From Blastocladiella emersonii ATCC 22665 (lineage: Eukaryota > Fungi > Blastocladiomycota), in NCBI GenBank assembly GCA_025594325.1, contig JANHCV010000005.1:806001-870000 (forward strand): a stretch of DNA of 64,000 bases. The letters are read 5' to 3'. Under the pieces are notes generated by a model. That model had not been told where the DNA came from and did not search any database. It saw nothing but the letters and a program-made list of their open reading frames with translations. The position numbers and the translations under genes were made by a program. Shown here piece by piece: positions 25,519-37,727 of this stretch (positions are counted from its first letter, which is position 1; each line of letters begins with the position of its first letter).

Positions 25519-25886
25519 GGTGGTGGATGCGCGCGTGGGGGGTTCTCCTGGGTGTCGTTGATGTCGTGGTGGTGGATGAGAGGTCGAATTCGGACGGCAG
25601 GGCGGGTCGGCGGGTCGGATGCGTTGCGGTGCAGCGAGTGCAGAGAGCCGGGCGGGTCTCTCGGCGACGTCGGGGGAGCGAGGAAGGGGGCGAGGGGGAG
25701 GGCAAGGCGCGCGCATGGGACCGGGCGGCGGACGGGGGCGCCCACGCGTCGGCGCGTCGTCACCTGAGATCACTCGCGCCTGAACCAACGCGCCCGCGGG
25801 TGGGTCGATCGAGGTCGCTCGCTTCTTTCGAGGGCGGTGCGTGAGTCAACAAAAGGGGGAATGTATAGTGTGGTAGTGCTCGGGCA

Positions 25887-27143
25887 TCACGCCGTGGGCC
25901 TCAAAGCGGTCCCCGCCGGCGACGCGGAGGCGGACACGGGCGCGGGGGACCGCGGCGACTCAAGCCCGCCGCCGAACATGCCCGCGTCGACGGACAGAGG
26001 CGCGAGCAGCGGCGGAGCCGGCGGCATCGCACCACCCGCCCCCGCCGCAGCCGTCGCGGGCACGGCGCCGGGCTTGGACCGCGCGCGCTGGACGGCGAGC
26101 GCGTCCATCCACCCCTTGGCGTCGTTGCTGCAGCACTCGAGGTAGTAGGTGCGACCGGGGGTGTGGATGAAAAAGTGCTTGGGCGACTTGAGCTCCGGGA
26201 TCGTGCGCATCGACCACGGGATCTCGCCCTTGACGACCATCTTGTCGGCGTCAATGTAGACGAGCCGCGGCGCGTCCGTCAGGATCAGGTACCGCTTCTT
26301 GGCGAACAGGCCCTTGCGCTTGTGCACGAACCCGCCGCGCACAATCAGCTCCGACCCGCGCAGGAACATTTGCCACGGGCTCGTCCGCTTCTGCTCCTCG
26401 AGCGCCGCCGCGCGTTTCGCTGCGTCCTGCGCCGCCTGCTCTGCCGCCGCGTCGGGGATGGTGGGGAGGGCGGCGCGCGCGGGGGACGACGACGCGGGAC
26501 TGCCGCCGCCAAAGTTGAGACCGCTGATCACGGCGTTGAGCGCGGCCATCTCGGGGTCAAATTCGTCCACGTCGCCGTCCATGGACGAGTCGGACAGCGA
26601 AGAGGCCGTGTTGCGCGCCGCCGCAGCGGCCGGGTCGCTCGAGTGCAGGCCCTCAGACGAGTCGGTCGAGGGGAGGAACGGGACGAGCGCGGGCGGCGTC
26701 TGCTTCCACAGGTCGCGCCACTCGAACCCGGCAAAGAACGCGTGGTCCTTGATCTGCGCGATGGTGAGGCGGCGGTCCGGGTCGAGGACGAGGATCTTCT
26801 CGACGAGGTCGCGGGCGACGGGCGGGAAGCCGTCGGGGAACGCGTAGTCGAGCTTGATGATCTTCTGGAACGTCTGGTACTCGTTGGCGCCCTTGAATGG
26901 CGGCTTGCCCGACAGCACCTGGTACAGGATGCACCCAATGGCCCACACGTCGCTCGCGGGGACCGCCGCCTTGTCGTTGAGCAGCTCGGGCGACACGTAC
27001 TCGGCGGTCCCGACAAACGATTTGGTGGACGCGGGCAGCGGCGAGTTGTTGGTGGCGCCGGCGGGGGCCGAGGAGGCGTCGAGCGGGACCGTGATCTTAG
27101 CCGACCCGAAATCGGCGAGCTTGACGTGCATGTCCCTGCTCAG

Positions 27144-27175
<32 letters not shown>

Positions 27176-27734
27176 GAATCCCCTTGCGGTGCAGGTACTC
27201 GATGGCGACGAGGATCTCGGCAATGTAGAAGCGCGTGGCGGTCACGTCGAAGGCGCCGAGGCGGCGGATGTAGGTGAGCAGCTCGCCGCGCTCGGCCAGC
27301 TCCAGCACGAAATACAGCGACTGGCGGTCCTGGAACGTGTAGTAGAGGCGGATCACGAACGGGTGGCGCGTCGTGTGCAGCACGGCCTTCTCCACGTCCA
27401 CGTACTTGACCTTCTTCTCCTTGACGATGTGCTTCTTGTCCAGGATCTTGACGGCAAAGTACCGCCCCGTCGCCGTCTCGCGCGCGCGCACCACGGTCGA
27501 GTACGAGCCCTCGCCGACCGCGGACAGGAACTCGAAGTCGGACACGCCGCGCTTGCGTGGTGCGGCGGCGGCGGCGGTGGCGCCCGAGGATGACGACGAC
27601 GCGGCGCCGGCGTGGTCGCTCGAGTTGGACGTGGTGCGCGACTCGCGCAGCGGCGGCTGCAGCGCGTCGGCCGTGGCCGTTGCCGGCGGTGGTTGTTGTT
27701 GTTGCATGTTGCTGGCACTGGCTGCTGGATCCAT
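25887..27734 (-). CDS. PKH1: 3-phosphoinositide-dependent protein kinase (PDK1/Pkh/Ksg1) with C-terminal PH domain
   Basis: [44 protein letters not shown]; PH domain [16 protein letters not shown]...HTPGRTYYL. Confidence 0.95.
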
Positions 27735-28058
27735 GGCGGGTGGTGGTGGCGAGATGAGAGCGGGTCCCTGGCGAGGAGCGCGCACTCATCGCGGTCGCGA
27801 GGCGCGAGCGAGCAACGGCAACCGAGAACAGAGGCGCGACGCGGAAGAGCGTCACGTGGCGCTGGGGGGCTTGCTAGTCGCGTGCGTTCGCCGCCTTCGC
27901 CCTGCCTCGCCGCGCGCCTTGGCCAACGCCGGCGCCCTCTCTCTCCCTTCCCCCTCGCCAAGCGCACACGCACCGCATAACGCTACGCATCCACGGCGCA
28001 ACCTGCCGCTCTTGCTTCTATCGACCCCCGAGAAGCCACCCGCCGCCGCGCCAGATCG

Positions 28059-31000
28059 ATGGGGAACACGAGCTCGACCACCATCGACCCCGCCCGCAAG
28101 GGCTACCACGTCCTCAAGGTCAGGGACGCCTCGCCCGCCTACGACGCCGGCCTGCTCAGCTACTTTCACTTTATCGTCGCCGTCAACGGCCAGTCGCTGG
28201 CACGTATCCTGGCGTGTGTGCGCGTTCTACCAGCGCTTACCTCTCGACCACCCGACAGGACAATGAGCCCGCCCTGTTCCCCAACACCATCAAGGCGAGC
28301 GTCGACCGGCCCGTGACCCTGACCATCTTCTCGGGCAAGACCAACGACTACGCCGACATCACGCTGACGCCGCGGTGGTGGGCCGACGAGCGCGACGGCC
28401 TGCTCGGGTGCTCGATCCGCTACTGCGACTACGCCGGCGCCCTGATGCACGTCTGGCACATTGTCGAGGTCCTGCCCAACTCGCCCGCCTCGCTCGCGGG
28501 CCTCAACATCGACTCGGACTACATTGTCGGCACCCCGGAACTCGTCCTGCGCGAGCAGCAGGAACTCTACGCCCTGCTCGCCTCGCGCGCCGCCGAGAAC
28601 AAGCCCGTCCGCCTCTTCGTCTACAGCACCGTCCACCGCGCCGTCCGCGACGTCGTCCTCCACCCGCGCCGCGACTGGGGCGGCGAGGGCCTGATTGGTG
28701 CCGAGCTCGGCTACGGCGCTCTCCACAAGATCCCCGTCGACGAAGACTCGCAGTACGAGGACACGGACGACGAGCTGCGCAACGACCCGCTCGCCCCCGC
28801 GACCGTCCCGCCGCCCGCCCTCGCGCCCGCGCCGGCCGCTGCTGCTGCCGCTTCCCCCGTGCCCGTGCCACCGCAGGACGCCGAGCCGCTCCTCCCCGAG
28901 TCCAACCCCGCGGACCTCCAGGTCCTCGCCGAGATCCCCTCGTTCGCTGCGCCCGCACCCTCCAAGTACGCCCGCACCCTCGCCACGGGGCTCCCAACCG
29001 GGCCCGTCGAGGTCAAGCCCGCCACCGAGTACGCCGGCCTCGCCGCCCCGCCCACCGACGCCGTGCTCGCCAAGGCCCGCCGCTCGGTCGATCTCGCGCA
29101 CCCGCCGATCCTCGCCGGCAGCCCCGTCGGCGCGAGCGCGGCGTCCCCGGCCCCGCACGACCACCACCATCACCATGGCTCTGGCTGCGGCCACGATCAC
29201 GACCATCACCATCATCCCGCGCAGCCGCCGATGCAACAGCAGCAGTACTACCCGCAAGGCCCGAGCTCGCCCGCCCCGACCGCGCCCGCGCCCGCCTACG
29301 ACCCCTACAGCCTGCAGCACGCGCCGAGTCCGTACGGCCAGCCGCTCTACAACCAGCAGCAGCCGCCCGTCAACACCTACAGCCCTGCTCCGCACTCGCA
29401 CGCGCACGCTGCGCATGATCACGTACACGGCCACGGCTGCGACCACGACCACGCGCACGACCACGCCCACCACCATCATCACCCTGAGCAGCCACAGCAG
29501 CAGCAGCAGTACTACCAGCAGCCCTACGCCCCCGCCGACCACCAGTACCCGCCCGTCCAGTCATTCGGCCTCTCGCCCATGGCCACCACCATGGCGCCCG
29601 CCCCGCAGACCTTCACCGACGACGCCGTCCCGCTCGTCCCGCTCACCACGCCCGCTGCGGCCGCGAACGATGCTGCGGCCGCCCCGGCGGCCATGTCGCC
29701 GACGTTCGCCACGGACCCGTACCCGCCCTCGTTCGGCGGGCTCGCGCTCCCCGCCAAGACCCCGAGCCCCGACGGGTCTCACCACCACCATCACGATCAT
29801 GGACATTTCCATGCCGAGCAGCAGCAGCACGCCGCGCACTTTGACCACCACCACCATCACGCGCATGAGCAAGACCACGGCGCGGTCTACAAGCCCCCTC
29901 GCGCCGCCGTGAGCCCCGCCGCACACGCCGTGTCGCCCGTCCAGCACCCCGCTGCTCCCCGCGCCGTCTCCCCTCGCGCAGTTTCGCCCGTCGCTGCCGC
30001 TCCCCGCGCTGCGTCCCCGCACGCACCGACGCCCGCGCCCGCGGCCGACCTGACCGTGTCGGCGCCCTCGTACGCCGAGATCGCGCTCCCCTCCGGCACC
30101 AGCCCGACGACGCTCGACGCACCGCAGCCTGACCTCTCGGCCTTCTCGTTCGACCCCGCTGGTCAGTCCGGCGCGTCGTTCTTCGACATCGTCGCGGCTA
30201 ACCCGCCCGCCGCCAACACGTATACGGCGCCGCCGACCCAGGTGTATGCGCCGCCGCAGCCTGTGGCGTCGCCCCCGCAGCCCGCGGTCGCGCCTGCGGT
30301 GCAGAGTCCCGTCCAGCGTGCGGCGTCGGCGGTCTCGGCGCGCGCCGTGAGCCCGGCTCCCTTCGCGGTGGCGGCGACGAGCCCGGTGGTGGCTCCTGCA
30401 CCGGCTGTCGCGGCGCCCGTGAGCCCCATGGTCGCGGCTGCTCCGGTTTCGCCGGCCGTGCGTGCTGCCAGCCCTGCCGCAGCGCCAATCCAGTCCTCGA
30501 GCCCCGCGTTCCCGGCCGCGGCTAGTCCTGCGTTCGCCCCGGCTGCTGCCGTGCCCAAGGCGTTCGTCCCCGCCGAGGCCCGCGCCGCGAGCCCCGCGTT
30601 CGTCCCCGCCGCTGTCCCCAACTTTGTGCCCATCGCCGACGCGCGCGCGGCGAGCCCCGTCGCGCCCGCTCCCGCGGCCGTGTCGCCCGTCGCCGCGCCA
30701 GTTCCGCGCGCTGAGACCGTTTCCCCGGCTCCCGCCCCCGCCGCGACCGAGCCCGTGCCGCGCGCCCTGTCGCCCTTCTCGTCCATCTTCGGCACCGCCG
30801 CCGACGCCGCCGACCCAGCCGCCAACATGTTCGCGCCACAGGTCCCGGCAACCGAGCGCGCGGCGAGTCCCGGCCACTTTGCCCTCTACTCGGCGAGCCC
30901 CGCGGCTCCCACCGCCGCTTCAGCGCCGCCGGCCCGCGCGTTCTCGCCCGTTGAGTCGCTCCCCGCCGCCGCCGCCGCCGCTCCCGTAGTTCCGGCCACC

Positions 31001-32029
31001 GCGCGCGGCCCGTCGCCCGCCCCGCTCGTCGACTTCTCCATGTCGCCGCCGCGCCCGGCCTCGACGACGGTCCCCGCGCCCGGTAACTTCTTCAGCGGCA
31101 GCGCTCCCGCTGCGGCGGACGCCATGTCGGCCTCCAGCCTGTTCGGCGCGTCTGACACGGGCGCCGCGGCGTCGCTGTTCGACTCGTTCGGCGGCGCCGA
31201 CGATCCGTTCGCTGCGATCGCGCCGGCCTCGGTCCCGCTCGCGTCGGCCAACGTGCCGTCGCAGTCGCAGACGCTCGCCGAGCTCGACGCGATGCTCGAC
31301 ACGATGAGTCTCCAGCAGGAGCCCGTCACGGCGCCGGTGCCAATCCCTGGCCTGCACGACGCTGCGGCGGTCGCGAGTCCTGCGGTCGCGCCGGCTCCGG
31401 TCCAGGCCGCAGCGAGCCCGTATGCTGCTCCTACTGCTGCCGCGGCGAGTCCGTTTGCTGCTCCGGCCCCCGCACCGGCCGCTGCCTCGAGCCCGTTCAC
31501 CGCCCCCGCCCCTGCCCCCGTCGCCACGCCCAACTCGTTTGTCCCGCCCACGCCCGCGCCGGCGTACTTCAACCGCTACGGCGCCCCGTCTTCTTCCCCT
31601 GCGCCCGCTGCTCCCGCTGCTGCCGGGAGCCCGTCCGCCGGCGCCGCGTCCTCTCCGGCCCCCGCGGCCGCGCTGTTCGCCAACTCGCCCGACATCTCGG
31701 CCATTTTTGGCGGCAGCCCGTCGACTTCGGCCGCTGCTCCCCCACAGCGCATGGGGACGCCCGGCACGACCTCGCTCCCGCACTCGGCGTCGTGGACGTC
31801 CGCTGGAGGCGCGGCGTCGCCCGCGGCCTCGGCGCTGTTCGGCGCATCGAACGCGGGCGACGCGGCGACGTTCTTTGCGGGTCCGCCCGTCACGGCGACG
31901 CCGCCTCCCCCGCAGGGCGGTGCGGGCGGGATGTCGCGGTCCAGCTCGGGGAACCTGTTCAGCGGCGCGCAGGCGCAGCAAGCGAGTACGTGGAGCACGC
32001 CCGAGAAGGGGACGAATCCCTTCCTGTGA
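28059..32029 (+). CDS. GRH1: GRASP55/65 (Grh1) Golgi stacking protein with very long P/A/S/H-rich tail
   Basis: MGN myristoylation start, GYHVLKV, LLGCSIRYC, VWHIVEVLPNSPASLAGL, WGGEGLIGAELGYGALHKIP. Intron 28200-28258 has a GC donor. Confidence 0.92.
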
Positions 32030-32088
32030 TGAACGAAAATGTACCAGATGTCGATTGCACACGCATATCAAAATGTATTCCCACCCTA

Positions 32089-33092
32089 TCACGCCGATCC
32101 CGCGAGGTACGGCAACGTGACAGCGAGCGTGCGCGTCGCCTTGTCAAACACGGCGTCGCACTTCTCCGCATCCACATCGACGAGCGGGTCGAGCGGCACG
32201 CTGAGCGCGTACAGCGGGTGGTCGATATCGACGCGCGCGGGCTCGATGTCGACGTCAATCTTCTCGGCCGTGTACACGAGCGGGAGCGCGACCGACACCA
32301 CGACGTGGCGCCGCGCCGCGTCGCGCCGCAGCGTGTACGTCGGCCGCTGTTTCGTCGCCGTCGCGATCCCCGCGCGCTGCGGCCGGTAGATGGTGTGCGG
32401 CGCGACGGCGCCCTTGGATTTCATTTTCGGGAGCGAGAAGTCGCGCGAGAGGGACAGCTTGTGCTTCTCCTCGACCCACTCGAGCGCGAGCTCGATCAGG
32501 AAGACCTTGAAGTCCCAGTCGGCCTCGCCCCGCTCGTGCACGTCGCTGTGCACCAGCGCGTCGACGACGAGGCAGGCGCGGCCGGCTACACGGTGTGTGC
32601 CGGGTGTGAGCGAGGCGGTGCACAGGATCGAAGAGCGAACGCACCCTTGTCCGAATCGTCGCGCAGACCCGAGAGGCTCATCGGGACGCGCCACGTCGGC
32701 TTCCCATCTTCCGTCGTCGCCTCGCCCTTGAGCGCGCGCTTGATCTCGTCCTCGGTCGCAACCGGCGGCGCAGGCACGTACGGCGAGTGTGTCATGTTGA
32801 CAAACACCTTGAGCCCTGACGGGTACGACTCGGTCGACTTGGTCAGCGCCGTCTTGACCACGTACCCGCGCAGCGGCGTGATCTCGCTCTTCTCGCGCTC
32901 GACGTGCTCGCGCTGCATCGCCTCGAGCAGGGACTTTTGGAGGCCCGGGTCCGACTCGATGGCCGCCTGCATGATGGCGCGCATCTCGTCGGTCACGGGC
33001 TCGCCGTTGGCCGCGGCAGCGAGCGCGTCGCCCGCGCCCGGGATGCTGCTCAGCGCGGCGAGGTGGTTGGTTTCGCCGGTCGGGGTGGTCAT
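32089..33092 (-). CDS. PIH1-domain protein (R2TP or dynein-assembly co-chaperone family)
   Basis: GYVVKT...KVFVN, WRVPMSLS, FLIELALEWVEE, KMKSKG; C-terminal CS domain AVFDKATRTLAVTLP. One intron near 32590-32647. Confidence 0.85.
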
Positions 33093-33364
33093 GGTTGCAT
33101 CGAGTGGTGGCGGGGTGCGTTGCATGGGAAGCCGGATGGGGAGGAAGAGAGAAAGGAGGCGACGCGCGAAAGGGGCGGACGAGTCGACGCGACTCGGCGC
33201 AGGTGACCCGGTTGCCACGCCCGTCGTGCTCGCTTTTGGTCGCTGTTCGACGTTCCGCGCGACCTTCACCTCGCTCCGCCCTCGGCAACCTTCACGAGGG
33301 CAACGACGACAACGGAGCGCACGACGCACGCACGACCCTGCAACGCATCAACTGACCCTACGCC

Positions 33365-34779
33365 ATGGGCCACGTCAAGACCCCGCACGTCAGCGCGCGC
33401 GTGCAGACCGCCATCGAGCTGTTCATCTCGCAGCTGCGGCGCCGGTATCTACTCTTCGCGGCCCTGCCTGTTGTTGGTCTCCGATCTGACGCAACCATAC
33501 GTGTAGCCAGATCCAGGGCTCGCACGCCGTGTCCGAGAAGATGCTCGACATCCTGCGCATGGTCGTGTCGTCGGGCAAGTGGGGCACCGTCAACGTGCTG
33601 ATCGACCTGATCAAGCTCGTCGGCAAGCGGTGCCAGGACGCCCAGCCCATGGAGCTGTGCACGGGCAACACGGTGCGCCGCCTGCTCAACGTGATCCGCG
33701 AGGAGTGCCACCAGCTGCAGGCCGACGCGCGCGCGGCCGCTACGACGGGCTCTGCGTCCGCCACGTCGGCGCCCATTGCCATTGCGCCGTCCGCGGCGAC
33801 TCCTGCGGCGGCGGCGGGCGACGACGCGGCCCTCAGCCCGACGCACGCGTCGCACCTGCACCACCACCACCACAAGCCGTCCGTCTTCAGCTTGTTCCCC
33901 GACGCCGACACGGACGCCATCGATTTCGCCGCCATCAAGTCGACCACCACCAAGTCGCTGTTCGTCGAGGCCGTCAACGAGATGATCGACGAGCTGCGCG
34001 GCCTGCACGAGTCGATTGCCGCGCAGTCGGTCGCCCACATCCACAGCAACGAGGTGATCCTGACGTGCGGCGACTCCATGACCTCCGAGACCTTCTTCAA
34101 GTACGCGGCCAAGAAGCGCCAGTTCCACGTCATCGTCGTCGAGTCGGCCCCGGCCTTCTCGGGCCAGCGCCTCGCCGCCAAGCTCGCCGCCGCCGGCATC
34201 GAGACCACCGTGATCCCGGACGCGGCCGTCTTCGCCGTCATGTCGCGCGTCAACAAGGTGGTCCTGGGCACGCACGCCGTGCTCGCCAACGGCGGCCTCG
34301 TCGCCGTCGCGGGCGCGTCCACGCTCGCCGCCGCCGCCAAGCACTACGGCGTGCCCGTGGTCGTCGTCGCCGGCCTCTACAAGCTCACGCCGCAGCACCC
34401 GTTTGACCTCGACGTGTTCAACCTCATGACCGCGCCCGCCGCCGTCGCCCCCTACGCCGACCCGGACCTCTCGGCGCGCGCCGAGGTCCTCGCCCCGCAG
34501 TGCGACTACGTCGCGCCCGAACTCGTCTCGCTCTTCATCACCAACGAGGGCGCCTTCGCACCCTCGTACATGTACCGCCTCCTCACCGAGTCGTACCACA
34601 TGGACGACGTCGACCTCGAGCCCAGCCCCGGCGCGTTCGACCGCTTCTTTGCCCAGTCCGAGAAGAAGGCCGCGACGGCTGCGGCCGCGGCCCGGAAATC
34701 GGCTGAGAGCCCAAGTAGCGGCGGCAGCAGCGCACCGGCCGTGGCCGCGGCGGTGGCGGATGACGAGGACGACGAGTAG
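33365..34779 (+). CDS. GCD7: Translation initiation factor eIF2B subunit beta
   Basis: QPMELCTGNTVRRLLNVIREE, HIHSNEVILT, FHVIVVESAP, VFAVMSRVNKVVLGTHAVLANGGL, DYVAPELVSLFITN, PSYMYRLL. Confidence 0.95.
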
Positions 34780-34863
34780 GGCGATAGTTTGAATACATTT
34801 TTGGGACTCCCGCGCTCCCTTGCTAGCTAGTCTTCCACATTCATTGCGAGTGAAGCGGTTCCA

Positions 34864-35586
34864 TTACGCAGTCGCCTTCCACATCCGGATCCCGCCCGCG
34901 AGCCCGCCGACAACGCCGAACAGCGCCACCCAGTTGCCCGGCAGTGGGTAGCTGGGCAGCGACCAGTGGATGGCCATGGGCAGGTCGCACAGCTGCGCGG
35001 TCAAGCGGAGCCGGAGGTCCTTGATCTTGTTGCGAGCGGCGGCGCGGTCGACGCCCTCGCGGCGCGCATCCCGCTGCGCCTCGCGCATCGCCTGGGCGAG
35101 CGACCACAGCTCGAGCGCGATCCACGCGGTCCACGCGATGCAGCTGAGCCGCGACCACCGGTCGAGCGTCAGCGGCGCCATGCGCACGATCCCGTGCGCG
35201 CCCAGCCAGTACATGAGCTCGGCCGGGTGGTACACGAGCATCGTCGCGTTCTGCACGGCCACGCGCAACGTCGGGTTATACTCGACGGGCACCGCGTACT
35301 CGATGCTCGGCACGATCCCGAACACGCGCATCGCGATCCGCGTGTCCGAGAGCGCCGAGACCAGTGCCTTGAGCTGCGCGACCAGCGCGGACTTGGGCCG
35401 CCGCGCGCCCACGTAGTGCGCCACCAGCGACAGCGTGTACACGACGATCCGGAAGACCTTGTCCAGCCCGTACACGTCGCTCGTCAGCTTCGTGAACCGC
35501 TGGAACGTCCGCCGCAGGTGCTTCTCGTACAGCGCCGGCAACAGCGGGAGCGCCGCGGCGGGAGACTTGCCGAGATCCGACGGCAT
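34864..35586 (-). CDS. PEX11: Peroxin PEX11-family protein
   Basis: GLDKVFRIVVYTL, LSDTRIAMRVFG, YHPAELMYWL, WSRLSCIAW, DLPMAIHWS. A short upstream exon is possible. Confidence 0.82.
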   Translation of the reverse strand: MPSDLGKSPAAALPLLPALYEKHLRRTFQRFTKLTSDVYGLDKVFRIVVYTLSLVAHYVGARRPKSALVAQLKALVSALSDTRIAMRVFGIVPSIEYAVPVEYNPTLRVAVQNATMLVYHPAELMYWLGAHGIVRMAPLTLDRWSRLSCIAWTAWIALELWSLAQAMREAQRDARREGVDRAAARNKIKDLRLRLTAQLCDLPMAIHWSLPSYPLPGNWVALFGVVGGLAGGIRMWKATA

Positions 35587-35904
35587 GGTGATGCTGCAAG
35601 CAGGGTGGGCAGGTCAGCACGGCGGCGGCATGGCGGCGTCGGTGGGCCTGGAGGCATACATTTGCAGGTGGTAAGTCTAGTCGTCCAGCGCACAGGGACG
35701 CTCAAAGATGCATGGGTTGAGGGGAGCGGGGGCGGGAGAGAGAAGCGGCCGCCGGCGTTCGGATCGCGCGGCTGACCACCGCGACGGCCGCCGCGGAGTG
35801 ATGTCGCCCGCGCGCCGTGAAAAAATAGTCTCTCCTCCCCTTCCGCGCAAACCATGAAAGCTTGTCTCTCGTGATTCAAAGATGCAACACCATGCAACGC
35901 TCTC

Positions 35905-36677
35905 TTGATGAACGTCGTGGATGCTTACGACCGCGATCGCGCCGTGACGAGCAACCGTCTGCGGCCTGAGGACTCGCTGCGCGGCTTGCACGCGCGGACC
36001 GCGTCTGTTGGCCAGTCGCGAGACATCGGTCGACGCTCGAGTCTTCTGTTCGAGGAGCGAGAGTTGCTTGGAGACACGCGAATGAGCAGTGCTCGGCGGA
36101 GGAGTGGCCGATGAGCTTCGACGTGGGCTCGGAGCGACGTGATACCACGGTGTTGCTTGGCGCGACTTGCCCGTAACCCACGTCCGCTGGCCATTCTCGA
36201 GACCCCGATTGGCGCTCGGGTCGTTCGTTCGATGGGCGAGAGCCGCTTGGAGACACGCAAGCGCGCGGCGCTCAGCGGGCAGCGTTGGGCTTCGACGTGG
36301 CCTCGGAGCGACGTGATGCCACCACCGTGTTGCGTGGCCCATGGTGCCCTTGCATCGCGCGTCCTTCGCTCTCTGACTGGTTTGTGAACGACACTGACTG
36401 GTTTGTGAACGACAATGACCCGGATCGGGGTCGGAAGCGCGTTGGTAGACGCGACTTCGGCGGCGCGCCTCTGCGTTCAGTGCCGCCTCCGATACGACTG
36501 CTGAACGCTTCAAACACGTTGCTTCTCGATGTGCATCGCGTCCTCGAGCCGAATTTGGGTATCACTCCGCCCAGGATCGGCCGGAGTGGCCTGGGGTCTA
36601 GTCAACCACCAGAAACTTCTCCGGCGCCACAGGAGAAGGCCGCACGCGAGCTTGCCCGACGCCCGCCCACCAGGTAG
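35905..36677 (+). pseudogene. Decayed coding region with two ~175-180 bp (about 59-codon) tandem units and a perfect 21-bp duplication at 36373-36414
   Basis: CTTGGAGACACGC at 36067 and 36246; GCTTCGACGTGG at 36115 and 36289; translated units share SRD..RE.LGDT..FDV.SERRD.TTVL; stops and a frameshift are present. Confidence 0.5.
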
Positions 36678-36837
36678 TTTGCCTCACGGTCGCATGAAGA
36701 AAACTTCTCCCCGAGATCGCTGGAAGCTCACCGTCGTTGCGAACGTTGACTGCTCTCCTTCTCCCCTTTGACGTCGTCCGTCCGAACTTGGTGCATCTCG
36801 CTGCCATCGACCTCAAGAACGAAACCATCCCCTCGCC

Positions 36838-37332
36838 ATGACCAACGCCGCCGCCCACAAACCCGTCGTCCTCGCCGCCCTCCTCGTGTCGGCTGTCTTC
36901 CTGATCGCAAGCACGGTCAAGACCGGCTTCCTGTTCAGCTCGTACCAGCCCAATGCCTACCCGGAGTGGATGGACATTTTCAACAAGAACAAGGCGTCGC
37001 GGCAGCCAATCGAGCGCGACACGCTGATCATCCTGGCCGTCGTGAGCGCCATCCAGACCGCGTGGGCGCTGCTCGTCCTTATCGGCCAAATGCTGGCGGG
37101 CAAGGTCAACGGCAGTCCAACGTTCTCTATGTTCGCCTGCTTCCTGTCGTTTGTTGCGGATCTCGCGACCGGAATCCTCGCGGCGACGCTGCACGGGTTC
37201 CCCGAGCCCTACCGCTCGCCCGTGGCTCCGCTGTGCGGGCTCTCAGCCCTCTGCGCGCTGTATCTCATGGTGCAGTACCGCAAGGCTCGCCGCGAGATGT
37301 CGCTGGAGCATGGCGCGGCCGCGAAGGCCTAG
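36838..37332 (+). CDS. Hypothetical membrane protein, 164 aa, about four TM helices
   Basis: Intact ORF with host-like codon usage and four hydrophobic segments. Confidence 0.7.
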   Translation: MTNAAAHKPVVLAALLVSAVFLIASTVKTGFLFSSYQPNAYPEWMDIFNKNKASRQPIERDTLIILAVVSAIQTAWALLVLIGQMLAGKVNGSPTFSMFACFLSFVADLATGILAATLHGFPEPYRSPVAPLCGLSALCALYLMVQYRKARREMSLEHGAAAKA

Positions 37333-37727
37333 GTACAGATGCTCGCTGTCCCGATGATCCGCAGTATAAAATAGACGATTGGTTTTGCTGGACTATTCCA
37401 CGCTTTCGAGAGTTTGAGAGGTTCGCGAGGCTGACCAGCGAAGTGATCGATCGGGCAGCGTGGCGCGACGTGAGTGGCGCAACGCGTCCCGCGTCACTGA
37501 AAATCGAAGCTGGCCGCTCACTTCGCGTGCTTGCGAACGACTTTTTTTTGGCTGAATCAATGAAATGCCATGGGCACAGCTACAAAGCACTGATCGGAAC
37601 CCCGTGGACAACACACGGACAGGTCGCAGCTGCCGGCGGCTCAACTTTGACCTGCGGGACAAACCGGTGACAATCCAGCAGTATCTCCTGACGGAGGCGT
37701 TCAGGGAGTAGAGCTACGAGCTCAATC

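Noticed and set aside
22901-25561. 886-aa antisense ORF and similar long overlapping ORFs (7253..8710, 26163..27593, 33358..34599, 59517..60731)
   Set aside because: These are shadows of real genes on the opposite strand or in other frames, caused by extreme GC3 bias; the translations are R/G/A-rich with no motifs.
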